The notes under the pieces are model-generated. The model worked only from the letters and a program-made list of their open reading frames with translations, was not told the DNA's origin and did not search any database. This document shows positions 29,087 to 39,939 of a DNA stretch of 64,000 nt, in pieces. The first letter of the stretch is position 1, and each line of letters begins with the position of its first letter. The DNA lies in contig OY821641.1 of the NCBI GenBank assembly GCA_963555995.3, forward strand, positions 2,784,001 to 2,848,000. The letters run 5' to 3'. The DNA is from Vicinamibacteria bacterium. Lineage in GTDB: Bacteria; Acidobacteriota; Vicinamibacteria; Marinacidobacterales; Marinacidobacteraceae. Both the position numbers and the translations under genes were made by a program.

Positions 29087-30058
29087 ATGCCCCAAGCCAT
29101 CCGCATCCAGCAACCCGGCGGCCCCGAGGTGATGACCCTCGGGTCCGTCCCCGAGGCCGCTCCCGGCCCCGGCGAGGCCCTCGTCCGGGTGGAAGCCGCC
29201 GGGGTGAACTTCATTGACACCTACCACCGCACCGGGCTCTACGCCGTCCCGCTCCCGTTCACCCCGGGCGTCGAGGGCGCCGGGGTGGTGGAGGCGGTGG
29301 GGCCCGACGTCCCGGACCTCGCGCCGGGAGACCGGGTGGGCTGGGTGATGCAGATGGGCAGCTACGCCGAGGCGGCCGTGCGCCCCGCGGCGAAGCTGGT
29401 CCGGCTGCCCGAGGGAGTCACGACCACCCAGGCCGCCGCCGCGCTCCTGCAGGGGATGACGGCGCACTACCTGGTGCGCTCCACGTTCCGGGTGCAGTCC
29501 GGGATGCCGGTGCTGGTCCACGCCGCCGCCGGCGGCATGGGCCTGCTGCTCTGCCAACTGTGCCGGGCGCTCGGCGCCCGCGTGTTCGGCACCGTCTCGA
29601 CCGAAGCGAAGGCGAAGGCGGCGCGCGCCGCCGGCGCCGACCACGTGATCCGCTACACCGAGGAGGATTTCGCCGAGGTGATCCGGGAAGAACTCGGGGA
29701 CGAGGGACTGGCGGTCGCCTACGACTCGGTGGGCGAGACGACCTGGCGGAAGAGCATGAGCCTCCTCCGCCCGCGCGGGATGCTCGTCCTCTACGGCCAG
29801 TCGTCCGGACCGGTCCCCCCGGTGGACCCGCTGCTGCTGTCCCAGCATGGGTCCCTGTTCCTGACCCGGCCGACCCTCGGCGACTACGCGGCGACCACCG
29901 ACGAACTCCGCTGGCGCGCCGGCGAAGTGCTGGACGGCGTCGCCACCGGCAAGCTCCGGCTCACCATAGACCGGGAACTCCCCCTCGCCGACGCCGCCGA
30001 AGCCCACCGCCTCCTCGAGTCCCGAGCCACCACCGGCAAGCTCATCCTCCGCCCGTAG
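29087..30058 (+). CDS. qor: NADPH:quinone oxidoreductase (zeta-crystallin/MDR family)
   Basis: GVNFIDTYHRTGLY, LLQGMTAHYL, HAAAGGMG, GSLFLTRPTL, TTGKLIL. Confidence 0.92.
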   Translation: MPQAIRIQQPGGPEVMTLGSVPEAAPGPGEALVRVEAAGVNFIDTYHRTGLYAVPLPFTPGVEGAGVVEAVGPDVPDLAPGDRVGWVMQMGSYAEAAVRPAAKLVRLPEGVTTTQAAAALLQGMTAHYLVRSTFRVQSGMPVLVHAAAGGMGLLLCQLCRALGARVFGTVSTEAKAKAARAAGADHVIRYTEEDFAEVIREELGDEGLAVAYDSVGETTWRKSMSLLRPRGMLVLYGQSSGPVPPVDPLLLSQHGSLFLTRPTLGDYAATTDELRWRAGEVLDGVATGKLRLTIDRELPLADAAEAHRLLESRATTGKLILRP

Positions 30059-30078
30059 GGGCCCGGGACCGCCGGCCT

Positions 30079-30187
30079 GGAACGCCGGTCTCCAGACCGG
30101 CACGCGCGGTGCTCCGCACCGCGCACGTCGTGACCCCACCCTACTCTCGGTGACGCGTACGGGTTGGACCGCCGGCCTCCGGCCGGC
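30079..30187 (+). repeat. Two REP hairpins (GGAACGCCGGTCTCCAGACCGGC and GGACCGCCGGCCTCCGGCCGGC)
   Basis: Match to the window-wide REP family. Confidence 0.8.
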
Positions 30188-30189
30188 AA

Positions 30190-30604
30190 GCTCCCCGCAA
30201 TTGACCAGAGCTCCCCGCAATTGACCAGAGCTCCCCGCAATTGACCGGAGTTCCCCGCAATTGACCGGAGTTCCAGCGTGAATTGACCGGAGCTCGGGGC
30301 CCGAACTGACCGGAGTTCACCGTGGGCAGGCAGGAACCCGGCAAGCGCGCGGATCCGCCGAGGAGCCGGTCATCCCCCGGTAGATCGGCCCGAAAAGCCT
30401 GAAACCGGATCGAAAACCGGCGTTCCGGTCACGCGTGGAGATCCGGCTCCCGGCGAGCGCGCCTCCCGAACCGACCGCCACGGTTTGACCGGAGCTCGGC
30501 CGGAATTGACCATAGCTCCGATCCGAAATGACCATAGCTCGGCCGGAATTGACCGGAGCTGAACCTCGAATGACCGGAGTTCCAGGCCGGATTGACCGGA
30601 GTTC
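30190..30604 (+). repeat. Array of 12 AATTGACC(GG/AG/AT)AG(C/T)TC-consensus motifs in two clusters of six, period 20-23 bp
   Basis: TGACC at 30202, 30222, 30242, 30262, 30284, 30307 and 30486, 30507, 30529, 30550, 30571, 30593. Confidence 0.9.
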
Positions 30605-30624
30605 GCGCGCTGCGGCGCCGCCGC

Positions 30625-31338
30625 TCAGCCGCGTCGCTTCGGCCGGTGAATGACGACGTCGGAGCCGTCGAAGGTATGGACGGCGTCCGGTGCGCGCTCG
30701 CGGACGAGTTCGAAGCCGGGTGTGTCCGCCAGCAGGCGTTCCGGGTTGGAGAGGCGCCAACGGGTGATGCGTCGGGTCCTCCAGTCCGGGTGCGCCACCT
30801 GATACGGCGGGCCACCGTGCGGGGCGCCGTATTCGCGGCGGCTGAGGAACGCCGCCAGGGGGTCCTCGTCCAGCGTCGTCCAGGGAGGCGTTTCGCTGTC
30901 AAACTCGATGCCGATTTCCGTTCCCGGCCCCGGCGCGGCGAAGCGGATCCGTGAGGTGTCGCCCGGGGTCCCGGCGATGCTCAGGTGCAGCCCGGGGATC
31001 ACGCGGTAGGACTCGCGGAAGAGGCGGTTCGCCAGAAAGGTCAGCAACCGGTCCGGCACGAATTCCCGCAGGAACGTGACCCCCGGCTGCCCGTCTTCGT
31101 CCCGCACGTAGGTGCGGAGGTTGATTTCCGCAAAGTCCCGGTATCCGACGGCGGGCAGGCCCAGGACGTTCAGGTTGCGGAACCGGAAGGCGACCAGTGA
31201 CAGCCACGCCTCGCCGTCGAAGAGGTCGGCGGCGACCCCGGAGGGGACGAGCGGTGCGACATCCCGAGGGTCGGCCGTCCAGCTCCAGCAGGCCAGGTGG
31301 GTCCACCGGGCGCGGGCGAACACGGTGGTCACGGTCAC
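30625..31338 (-). CDS. DUF2071 (YqjF-like) protein
   Basis: ARWTHL...DLFDGEAWLSLVAFRF, FAEINLRTYV, GVTFL, YQVAHPDW. Confidence 0.85.
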   Translation of the reverse strand: MTVTTVFARARWTHLACWSWTADPRDVAPLVPSGVAADLFDGEAWLSLVAFRFRNLNVLGLPAVGYRDFAEINLRTYVRDEDGQPGVTFLREFVPDRLLTFLANRLFRESYRVIPGLHLSIAGTPGDTSRIRFAAPGPGTEIGIEFDSETPPWTTLDEDPLAAFLSRREYGAPHGGPPYQVAHPDWRTRRITRWRLSNPERLLADTPGFELVRERAPDAVHTFDGSDVVIHRPKRRG

Positions 31339-31418
31339 GTCCCTCGCCGCGGGTCAGGCGCCGCGGAACTACTCGGCTTCATCGTCTCGTGCGACTCCGC
31401 CCATGAGCACGGGAGCGA

Positions 31419-32039
31419 TCAGTTCGCGTTCGTGAACAGGAAGCCGAAGACCGCGATGAGGACGGTGATCAGGAGGGCGTAGGCCCCGATCATGATCTGT
31501 CCCAGGAGCTTCAACCCGTCGAGGCGCGCGACGATCACGTCCAGCTTGCGGTCCTGCTCGTCGAGCCGACGGTCGCGTGCGGCGCCGGCCGCAGCCAGGG
31601 CATCCAGCTTGCGGTTGCGCTCGTCGAGGCGGCGGTCGATGTCGTCAAAGCGGCGGTCGCGCTCGTCGAAGCGGCGGTCCATCTCGGCGGCGACGGCGTC
31701 CAACTTGCGGTCGAAGCGGCGGTCCTGCTCGTCGAACCGGCGGTTCTGCTCGTCGAACCGGCGGTTCATCTCCGTCACGAACGGCTGAAGCTGCTGGGCG
31801 CCGGTCTCCGAGATCATGGTGTGCATCCGCTTTTCCGCAGTATAGGCGAGCTTCGCCGCGACGCCCGCGTCCAGCAGAGCGTGGAAAACGGCGCCTTCCC
31901 CGGCGGGTTTCGGGGCGGCGTCCGCGCGAGGCGGCGCCGTCTCGGGCGGCGTGGCCGGTTTCGGTGGGGGTTCGGCGTCGGGCGGTAGCGGGGTGGGTTG
32001 AGGCATCGGGAACTCCTCCGGGAATGCGTCGGAGGACAC
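31419..32039 (-). CDS. Hypothetical coiled-coil heptad-repeat protein with C-terminal membrane anchor
   Basis: Pro-rich N-terminus, repeated RRFDEQD/RRFDERD heptads, hydrophobic tail. Confidence 0.75.
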   Translation of the reverse strand: MSSDAFPEEFPMPQPTPLPPDAEPPPKPATPPETAPPRADAAPKPAGEGAVFHALLDAGVAAKLAYTAEKRMHTMISETGAQQLQPFVTEMNRRFDEQNRRFDEQDRRFDRKLDAVAAEMDRRFDERDRRFDDIDRRLDERNRKLDALAAAGAARDRRLDEQDRKLDVIVARLDGLKLLGQIMIGAYALLITVLIAVFGFLFTNAN

Positions 32040-32206
32040 GGCGTCCTCCGCGAATTCCCTAGACGAGATTCCGGCCTGTTTTTTCCCACTTCAGGCGGAA
32101 ATGTGGAAAAGTCGAAGCGACTGTGCACATTCGCTGCCCGTCGCGATGGCAGCGCCGGCCTGAACCGCCGACCTCCCGCCGCAGGACGGACGAAATCGCG
32201 CAACGG

Positions 32207-32400
32207 CTTGGAACGCCGGTCTCCAAGAGGCGGGCTACCGGTGCGTGAGAGTTGGTGCCTCCCAACCGCGTAAAGGAAGGTCCGGGCGATAACGCCGGGG
32301 TCCAGTCGATATCGGGGATCGGCGCCGTCGTGAGGATGGATGGGGTCCACGACATGCGCGGCGCGGAGCGCCGCGCGTGCCGGTCGGAGACCGGCGTTCC
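32207..32400. repeat. Degenerate inverted REP pair
   Basis: CTTGGAACGCCGGTCTCC at about 32208 and GTGCCGGTCGGAGACCGGCGTTCC at about 32377. Confidence 0.7.
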
Positions 32401-32406
32401 CGGTGC

Positions 32407-33543
32407 TCAGTAGAGGCCGGGGACGATCCGGTACTTCACGCGGGCCTGGTACTCGGCCCACTTCTCGGGACCGTACTTCAGGGCGCAGTGCGCGTCGTCG
32501 TCCCACTGGCGGTAGATGAAGAACGAGACGACGAAGACGAAGTAGGTCCAAGCCCACGGATTCGTGAAGTGGCCGAAGATCAAGGCAATCGACAGCCCCA
32601 GGAATCCCTCGCCCAGATAGTTGAAGTGGCGGGCGACGCCCCAGAAACCGCTGCACAGGATCCTGCGGTCGCCGGCCTCGATGACCTCGGGCTCGATTCC
32701 CAGGAACTTGCGGTCGGGCCAGCGCTTGAAGGTGTACTTCTGCAGGTTGGCGCCGCGTGAGATGCCCCACCCGAAGAGGAACATGGCCACCGTCCCGATG
32801 AGCCAGACGTTCGTCCAACCCGGCGAGAATCCCGGGTTGGGGTGCACGGCCAAACCCCAGAGCGGCAGGATGAACATCCACCCATAGACCACGAGGCCGC
32901 CCCAGAACAGCTTGAAGCCGACGTTCTCGTGGATCAGGTCGTAGGTGTAGAGCTGGACGCGCTCGAAGATGAAGTAGTCGAGGACGTAGAAGGTGAAGAA
33001 GCCCGCGTACACGAAGACGCCGGGATTGGAGTCCTCGCCGAAGAGTTCGTAGTGGTAGGCGGCCCCGGACAGGGCGTTCAGCGAGAGCATCGTTCCGCCC
33101 ACGACGTAGAACCACATCTTCACGTCGAAGCGGTGGCCCCAGAACTGGAGCTCCTGCGCCCGTCCGAACCACCACGCCAGGAACCGACTCTTGACCTTGC
33201 CTTCCGGCTGGCTGAACACCGCCAGGATCGTGAGGACGATGGTGAAGACCGTTCCGCCGGCGACGGCGTAGAGGGAGGACCGGTAGAACCAATCCCGCGG
33301 CATCCCGGTGAGCTCGAAGGCCCAAACGATGAGCGCGATCACGAACACCAGCAGGCCGTTCAGGCGGTACCTGCGGGGTTCCCCCGTCTCCGGAGCGATG
33401 ACGTAACCGGGAACCCACCGTCCCGGCAGGATGAGCTGCGCCAGGAAGAACGCCGCGAAGACCACCAGCGGGGTGAAGAACCCCAGGATCTTCTCCGTCC
33501 CGGAAAGCTCGAGCAGGTGGCCGATGCCGAGCCACTCGATCAT
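32407..33543 (-). CDS. ERG4/ERG24-like sterol reductase family membrane protein
   Basis: YRLNGL, FDVKMW, YDLIHENVGFKLFWG, GANLQKYTFK, SGFWGVARHFNYLGE, DDAHCALKYG..W..Y...V.YRIVPGLY. Confidence 0.88.
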   Translation of the reverse strand: MIEWLGIGHLLELSGTEKILGFFTPLVVFAAFFLAQLILPGRWVPGYVIAPETGEPRRYRLNGLLVFVIALIVWAFELTGMPRDWFYRSSLYAVAGGTVFTIVLTILAVFSQPEGKVKSRFLAWWFGRAQELQFWGHRFDVKMWFYVVGGTMLSLNALSGAAYHYELFGEDSNPGVFVYAGFFTFYVLDYFIFERVQLYTYDLIHENVGFKLFWGGLVVYGWMFILPLWGLAVHPNPGFSPGWTNVWLIGTVAMFLFGWGISRGANLQKYTFKRWPDRKFLGIEPEVIEAGDRRILCSGFWGVARHFNYLGEGFLGLSIALIFGHFTNPWAWTYFVFVVSFFIYRQWDDDAHCALKYGPEKWAEYQARVKYRIVPGLY

Positions 33544-33628
33544 GACCGAATCCCCCTTCCCCAGTGACCCGGTCACACTCGGACCTGGACACGGAGGCGA
33601 TCAATTACACACTACGCACGGGGGAGGA

Positions 33629-34345
33629 ATGACCCTTGTCGACCGAAACGCAGCCATGATCGCCGCAGGGCCGCACTGGGGATATGGGGGCGGGCTCGGC
33701 CCTGACCACTGGGGTTCGCTGGACCCGGGGTTCGCCGTGTGCAGCAACGGCCGGGAGCAGTCGCCGATTGATCTCACGGGCGCCGAACGGGAAGCCCTGT
33801 CCGAGATCGGCTTCGAGTACGCGCCGAGCCAGATCTCCATCGGGAACAACGGCCACAGCATCCAGGTGGACTACCAGGCCGGGAGCGGCATCGTCCTCGA
33901 CGGGACGCGTTATGGACTGGTCCAGTTCCATTTCCACCACCGGAGCGAGCACACCGTGGACGGCGCGGACTTTCCGTTGGAGCTGCACCTGGTCCACGCC
34001 GACAACGACGGGGCGCTCGCCGTGGTCGGCGTGTTTCTCGAGGAGGGCGCCGCGAACGAAGCCCTCGCTCCGGTCTGGCGTCACCTGCCGGCGAAGGCGG
34101 GACCCACCGCATTGGTGGCGGGGACGGTGGACGCGGCCGCGCTCCTGCCCGAACGGCGGACGACCTGGCGTTATGCGGGGTCGCTCACCACGCCGCCGTG
34201 TTCGGAGGGCGTGTCGTGGCTGGTGTTGACCGAGCCGGTGACGGCCTCGCGGGAACAGATCGAGGCGTTCAGCGCGGTCTTCCCGGTCAACAACCGGCCG
34301 GTGCAGCCGCTGAACGGGCGGCGGCTGGTGACGGACGCGCGCTGA
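33629..34345 (+). CDS. Alpha-class carbonic anhydrase
   Basis: HWGY, QSPIDL, NNGHS, QFHFH..SEH, ELHLVH, GSLTTPPCSEGV, NNRPVQPLN; RBS GGAGG. Confidence 0.95.
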   Translation: MTLVDRNAAMIAAGPHWGYGGGLGPDHWGSLDPGFAVCSNGREQSPIDLTGAEREALSEIGFEYAPSQISIGNNGHSIQVDYQAGSGIVLDGTRYGLVQFHFHHRSEHTVDGADFPLELHLVHADNDGALAVVGVFLEEGAANEALAPVWRHLPAKAGPTALVAGTVDAAALLPERRTTWRYAGSLTTPPCSEGVSWLVLTEPVTASREQIEAFSAVFPVNNRPVQPLNGRRLVTDAR

Positions 34346-34379
34346 GGGGCGGATTTCGACGGGCTGGCGAACGTCGCGA

Positions 34380-34600
34380 CGTGCGCGGTGCGGAGCACCG
34401 CGCGTGCCGGTCTGGAGACCGGCGTTCCAAGCCGGGGTGCCATCCGGCTGAGCCGCGTGGTGCATTTCGCCCGCTGCGCGGGCGGTGCCGGCTGAAGCCG
34501 GCGTTCCGAGGCGGGGTGCCAGCCGGGCAAGCTTCCCTACGCGCTCTGCGGCCCTGCGGGCCGCGTGCCGGCTGAAGCCGGCGTTCCAAGCCGGCGGCGC
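34380..34600 (-). repeat. Cluster of three REPs of two subtypes
   Basis: GTGCCGGTCTGGAGACCGGCGTTCC at about 34404; GTGCCGGCTGAAGCCGGCGTTCC at about 34485 and 34565. Confidence 0.85.
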
Positions 34601-34647
34601 GGCGAGAGCTGGTGGCGGTGTGAGGCCGGCGCTCCGAGGCGCGTCCC

Positions 34648-36921
<2,274 letters not shown>

Positions 36922-37007
36922 TTAGACACGGAAACGCGAATTCAGGCCAAGTACGCTTGTAGATGGGCGTGGAGTGATTTCTGCTGCCTCGCCGTCTGGA
37001 GAAGAGC

Positions 37008-38567
37008 ATGAGACACCATCCCCGCCAAGCCCTGGTCGGCTGCATCGGCGCCCTCTTCCTGGCCGCCGGCGCCGCGGCGCAGGACCCCTACCCGGTGGAC
37101 CGGGGGATGGTCGCGAAGATCCGGGAGGAAGGACTCCACCGCTCCCAGCTTCCCGACACCCTGTCCTACATGACCGACGTGCTCGGCGGCCGGCTGACCA
37201 ACTCGGCGGCGATGGACCGGGCCCAGCGGTGGGCGCTCGAGGAGATGGCCGAGATCGGGCTCGTGAACAGGGTCCGCGAGCCCTTCATGAACTACGGGGC
37301 GAGCTGGGACAACGAGTACTTCTCGCTGCACATGCGGGAGCCGTCGTACCAGACGCTCGTCGGCTATCCCATCGCCCACACGCCGGGGACCGAGGGTCCC
37401 CGGACGCTGGAGGTCGTCATCGCCGACGTGCGGACGCGGGGCGACTTCGACGCCCTGCGCGGGAAACTCCGGGGGAAGGCGGTCCTCTCGACGCCTCCGG
37501 CGGCGGTGGACCGGACCCGCTTCGCCACCGGGACTCCGGAACGCACCGACGAGCAGATGGCGCAGCTCGCCGCGAACGTGCTGCCGCGGTTGGCTGCGGA
37601 CCCGCTCTTCACGAGCGAGTACGCGGACCTTCCGCCGCACCCGGACGTCCTGAGCCCCGTCGAACGACTCGAGTTCTACGTCGCCGAGGGAGCCGCCGCG
37701 GTGCTCGAGTCACGGAGCGGCTGGCCGGGGGCGGTGCGCGGGTTCGCGCGCCCCGGCGCCAAGGTGGACATGTGGGACCGGGAAGCCACGCTGTCGTCCG
37801 TACCGATCGTCGCGGTCACCCCCGGGCACTACAACCGGATGTACCGGATCCGGCGGCGCGAGGTCCCGGTCACCATCGAGCTGGAGGTCCGGAACCGGCA
37901 CGGGGAGGCGGCGAGCGAGGCCCGGAACGTCCTCGGCGAGATCCCGGGGACCGACCTCGCCCACGAGCTGGTGATGCTGGGCGCCCACTTCGACACCTGG
38001 CACGCGAGCCCGAACGCCAGCGACAACTCCTCGGGCGTGGCGGTGATGCTGGAGGCGATGCGCATCCTGAAGGCGGTCGGCGCCGAGCCGCGCCGGACCA
38101 TCCGGGTCGCGCTCTGGTCGGGGGAGGAGCAGGGCATCTTCGGGTCGCGGGCCTACGTCAAGCGGCACTTCGGCGATCCGGAGACGGGGACGAAACCCGG
38201 TTACGACAACGTCTCGGCGTACTTCAACCAGGACTACGGCCCGGGCCGCTACCGGGGCGTCTGGCTCCAGGAGAACGAGCACGTGCGGCCGATCTTCGAG
38301 GCGTGGATGGCGCCCTTCGACGACTTCGGAATGACGACGCTGGCGCCCGCCAGCGTGGGAAGCACCGACCACGTGGCGTTCGACGACGCCGGGCTGCCGG
38401 GCTTCCAGTTCCTGCAGGCGCGGGTGGGCGGCACCGGCGGCCACACGAACCTCGACTTCTACGACACCCTGCCGATTGATGACCTCAAGAAGAACGCGGT
38501 GGTGGTGGCGGCATTCGTCTACCACGCGGCGATGGCCGACGAGAAGCTGCCGCGGAAGGGAAGGTAG
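37008..38567 (+). CDS. M28 family metallopeptidase, secreted
   Basis: GAHFDTW, SDNSSG, WSGEEQG, STDH, HTNLD; signal peptide. Confidence 0.9.
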   Translation: MRHHPRQALVGCIGALFLAAGAAAQDPYPVDRGMVAKIREEGLHRSQLPDTLSYMTDVLGGRLTNSAAMDRAQRWALEEMAEIGLVNRVREPFMNYGASWDNEYFSLHMREPSYQTLVGYPIAHTPGTEGPRTLEVVIADVRTRGDFDALRGKLRGKAVLSTPPAAVDRTRFATGTPERTDEQMAQLAANVLPRLAADPLFTSEYADLPPHPDVLSPVERLEFYVAEGAAAVLESRSGWPGAVRGFARPGAKVDMWDREATLSSVPIVAVTPGHYNRMYRIRRREVPVTIELEVRNRHGEAASEARNVLGEIPGTDLAHELVMLGAHFDTWHASPNASDNSSGVAVMLEAMRILKAVGAEPRRTIRVALWSGEEQGIFGSRAYVKRHFGDPETGTKPGYDNVSAYFNQDYGPGRYRGVWLQENEHVRPIFEAWMAPFDDFGMTTLAPASVGSTDHVAFDDAGLPGFQFLQARVGGTGGHTNLDFYDTLPIDDLKKNAVVVAAFVYHAAMADEKLPRKGR

Positions 38568-38579
38568 CGACCCGGTTCC

Positions 38580-38623
38580 GCGGGCCTGCGGCCCGCGGGT
38601 GCCGGTCTGAAGACCGGCGTTCC
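38580..38623 (-). repeat. Single REP
   Basis: GTGCCGGTCTGAAGACCGGCGTTCC between convergent genes. Confidence 0.75.
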
Positions 38624-38626
38624 CTC

Positions 38627-39904
38627 CTACTTGCTCCTCTCCCGGCGGTAGGCGTCGGCGAGGAGTTCGATGGGGTGGGCGACCTCCGCAGCCAGGCCGG
38701 CGCGGCGGGCGCCCTCGGCGAGCTGGAGCTGGCAGCCGATGTTCCCGGTGGCGATGAGGTCGGGATCCGCGGGAGCGATGTTCGCCATCTTCCGGTCGAG
38801 GACCGCCATCGAGGTGTCGTGCCGGGTCACGTTGTAGATCCCGGCGGAGCCGCAGCAGCGCTCCGGGTCACGGACGGTGACGAGCTCCACGCCGGGCAGG
38901 CTGCGGAGGATCTGGAGGGGCTCCTCGCGGACCTGCTGGGCGTGGAAGAGATGGCAGGGCGCGTCATACACCACCCGCAGCGGCGTCTCCCGGGGGCCAG
39001 CGGCGGGCGGCCGGCAGCCGCTCTCCGCGAGGAACGCCGAGACGTCCGTCACCCGCCGGGAGAAGGCGCCCGCGGGCGGGCCGGCATCCAGCAGCTCGGC
39101 GTATTCCGACAGCGCGGCGCCGCAGCCGGCGGCGGTGGTCACCACCGGGAGGTCGTCCGGAAACGCCGCCAGGTTCCGGCGCGCCAACCCCCGCGCCAGC
39201 TCCGGCAGCCCGGCGTGGAGATGGAGCGCGCCGCAGCAGCCCTGGGTTTTGGGAATCACCACTTCCCAGCCGTTCCGGGTGAGCGCCTCGATCGCCGCCC
39301 GGCTGGTTTCCGGCCGGAGATGCGGGGCGACGCAGCCGAGGAAGAGCGCCACCGTCCCGCGCGCCTCCCCGCCCGGGGAGACCCGCGCCGGGAAGCGCTC
39401 GCGCGCCGGGACATCGGGTAGCAGCCGCTCCCGCGCCGCGAGCCGCGGCGCCAGCCGGGCCAGCACCGGTTGCACGAGCCGGCGAAGGCCGATGCGCCCG
39501 GTGAAGCGGAGCAGCCACATCGCCGCTCCCAGGACCACGGGCCGGGCCACTACCACGCCGAGCGCGAGCCGTTTCAGCATCCGTACCCGGCGCGGCTCGA
39601 CCTGCTCCTCGCCGAGCAGCCCCCGGACTCCCTCGACGATGGCGCCGACTTCCACTCCCGCCGGACAGACGCTTTCGCAACCGCGGCAGGCGAGGCACTC
39701 GTAGAGGTCCTCGGCCAGGCCGTCGCTGGCGGGCAGCCGGCCCTCCAGCAGGGCGCGGGCGTTGAAGACCTGCCCGCGCGGGGCGAGGGACTCCCGCGGC
39801 GCGTTCTCGTAGGCGGGACACGCCGGCAGGCAGAGGCCGCAGTGGACGCAGGCGAGCGTCTTCTCGTAGATCCGGAGCGCTTCGCCGCCGGTCGGTTGGG
39901 TCAC
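38627..39904 (-). CDS. glcF: Glycolate oxidase Fe-S subunit-like protein
   Basis: CVHCGLCLPACP, CLACRGCESVCP, two CCG domains. Confidence 0.88.
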   Translation of the reverse strand: MTQPTGGEALRIYEKTLACVHCGLCLPACPAYENAPRESLAPRGQVFNARALLEGRLPASDGLAEDLYECLACRGCESVCPAGVEVGAIVEGVRGLLGEEQVEPRRVRMLKRLALGVVVARPVVLGAAMWLLRFTGRIGLRRLVQPVLARLAPRLAARERLLPDVPARERFPARVSPGGEARGTVALFLGCVAPHLRPETSRAAIEALTRNGWEVVIPKTQGCCGALHLHAGLPELARGLARRNLAAFPDDLPVVTTAAGCGAALSEYAELLDAGPPAGAFSRRVTDVSAFLAESGCRPPAAGPRETPLRVVYDAPCHLFHAQQVREEPLQILRSLPGVELVTVRDPERCCGSAGIYNVTRHDTSMAVLDRKMANIAPADPDLIATGNIGCQLQLAEGARRAGLAAEVAHPIELLADAYRRERSK

Positions 39905-39939
39905 GAGAGGAATCTACGCGAATCGCGGGTTGGTGTCCC

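Noticed and set aside
30190-30604. CRISPR array or coding repeat (ORFs 30141..30344, 30317..30760)
   Set aside because: Linkers are under 10 bp and the period is not a constant multiple of 3; the ORFs look spurious.
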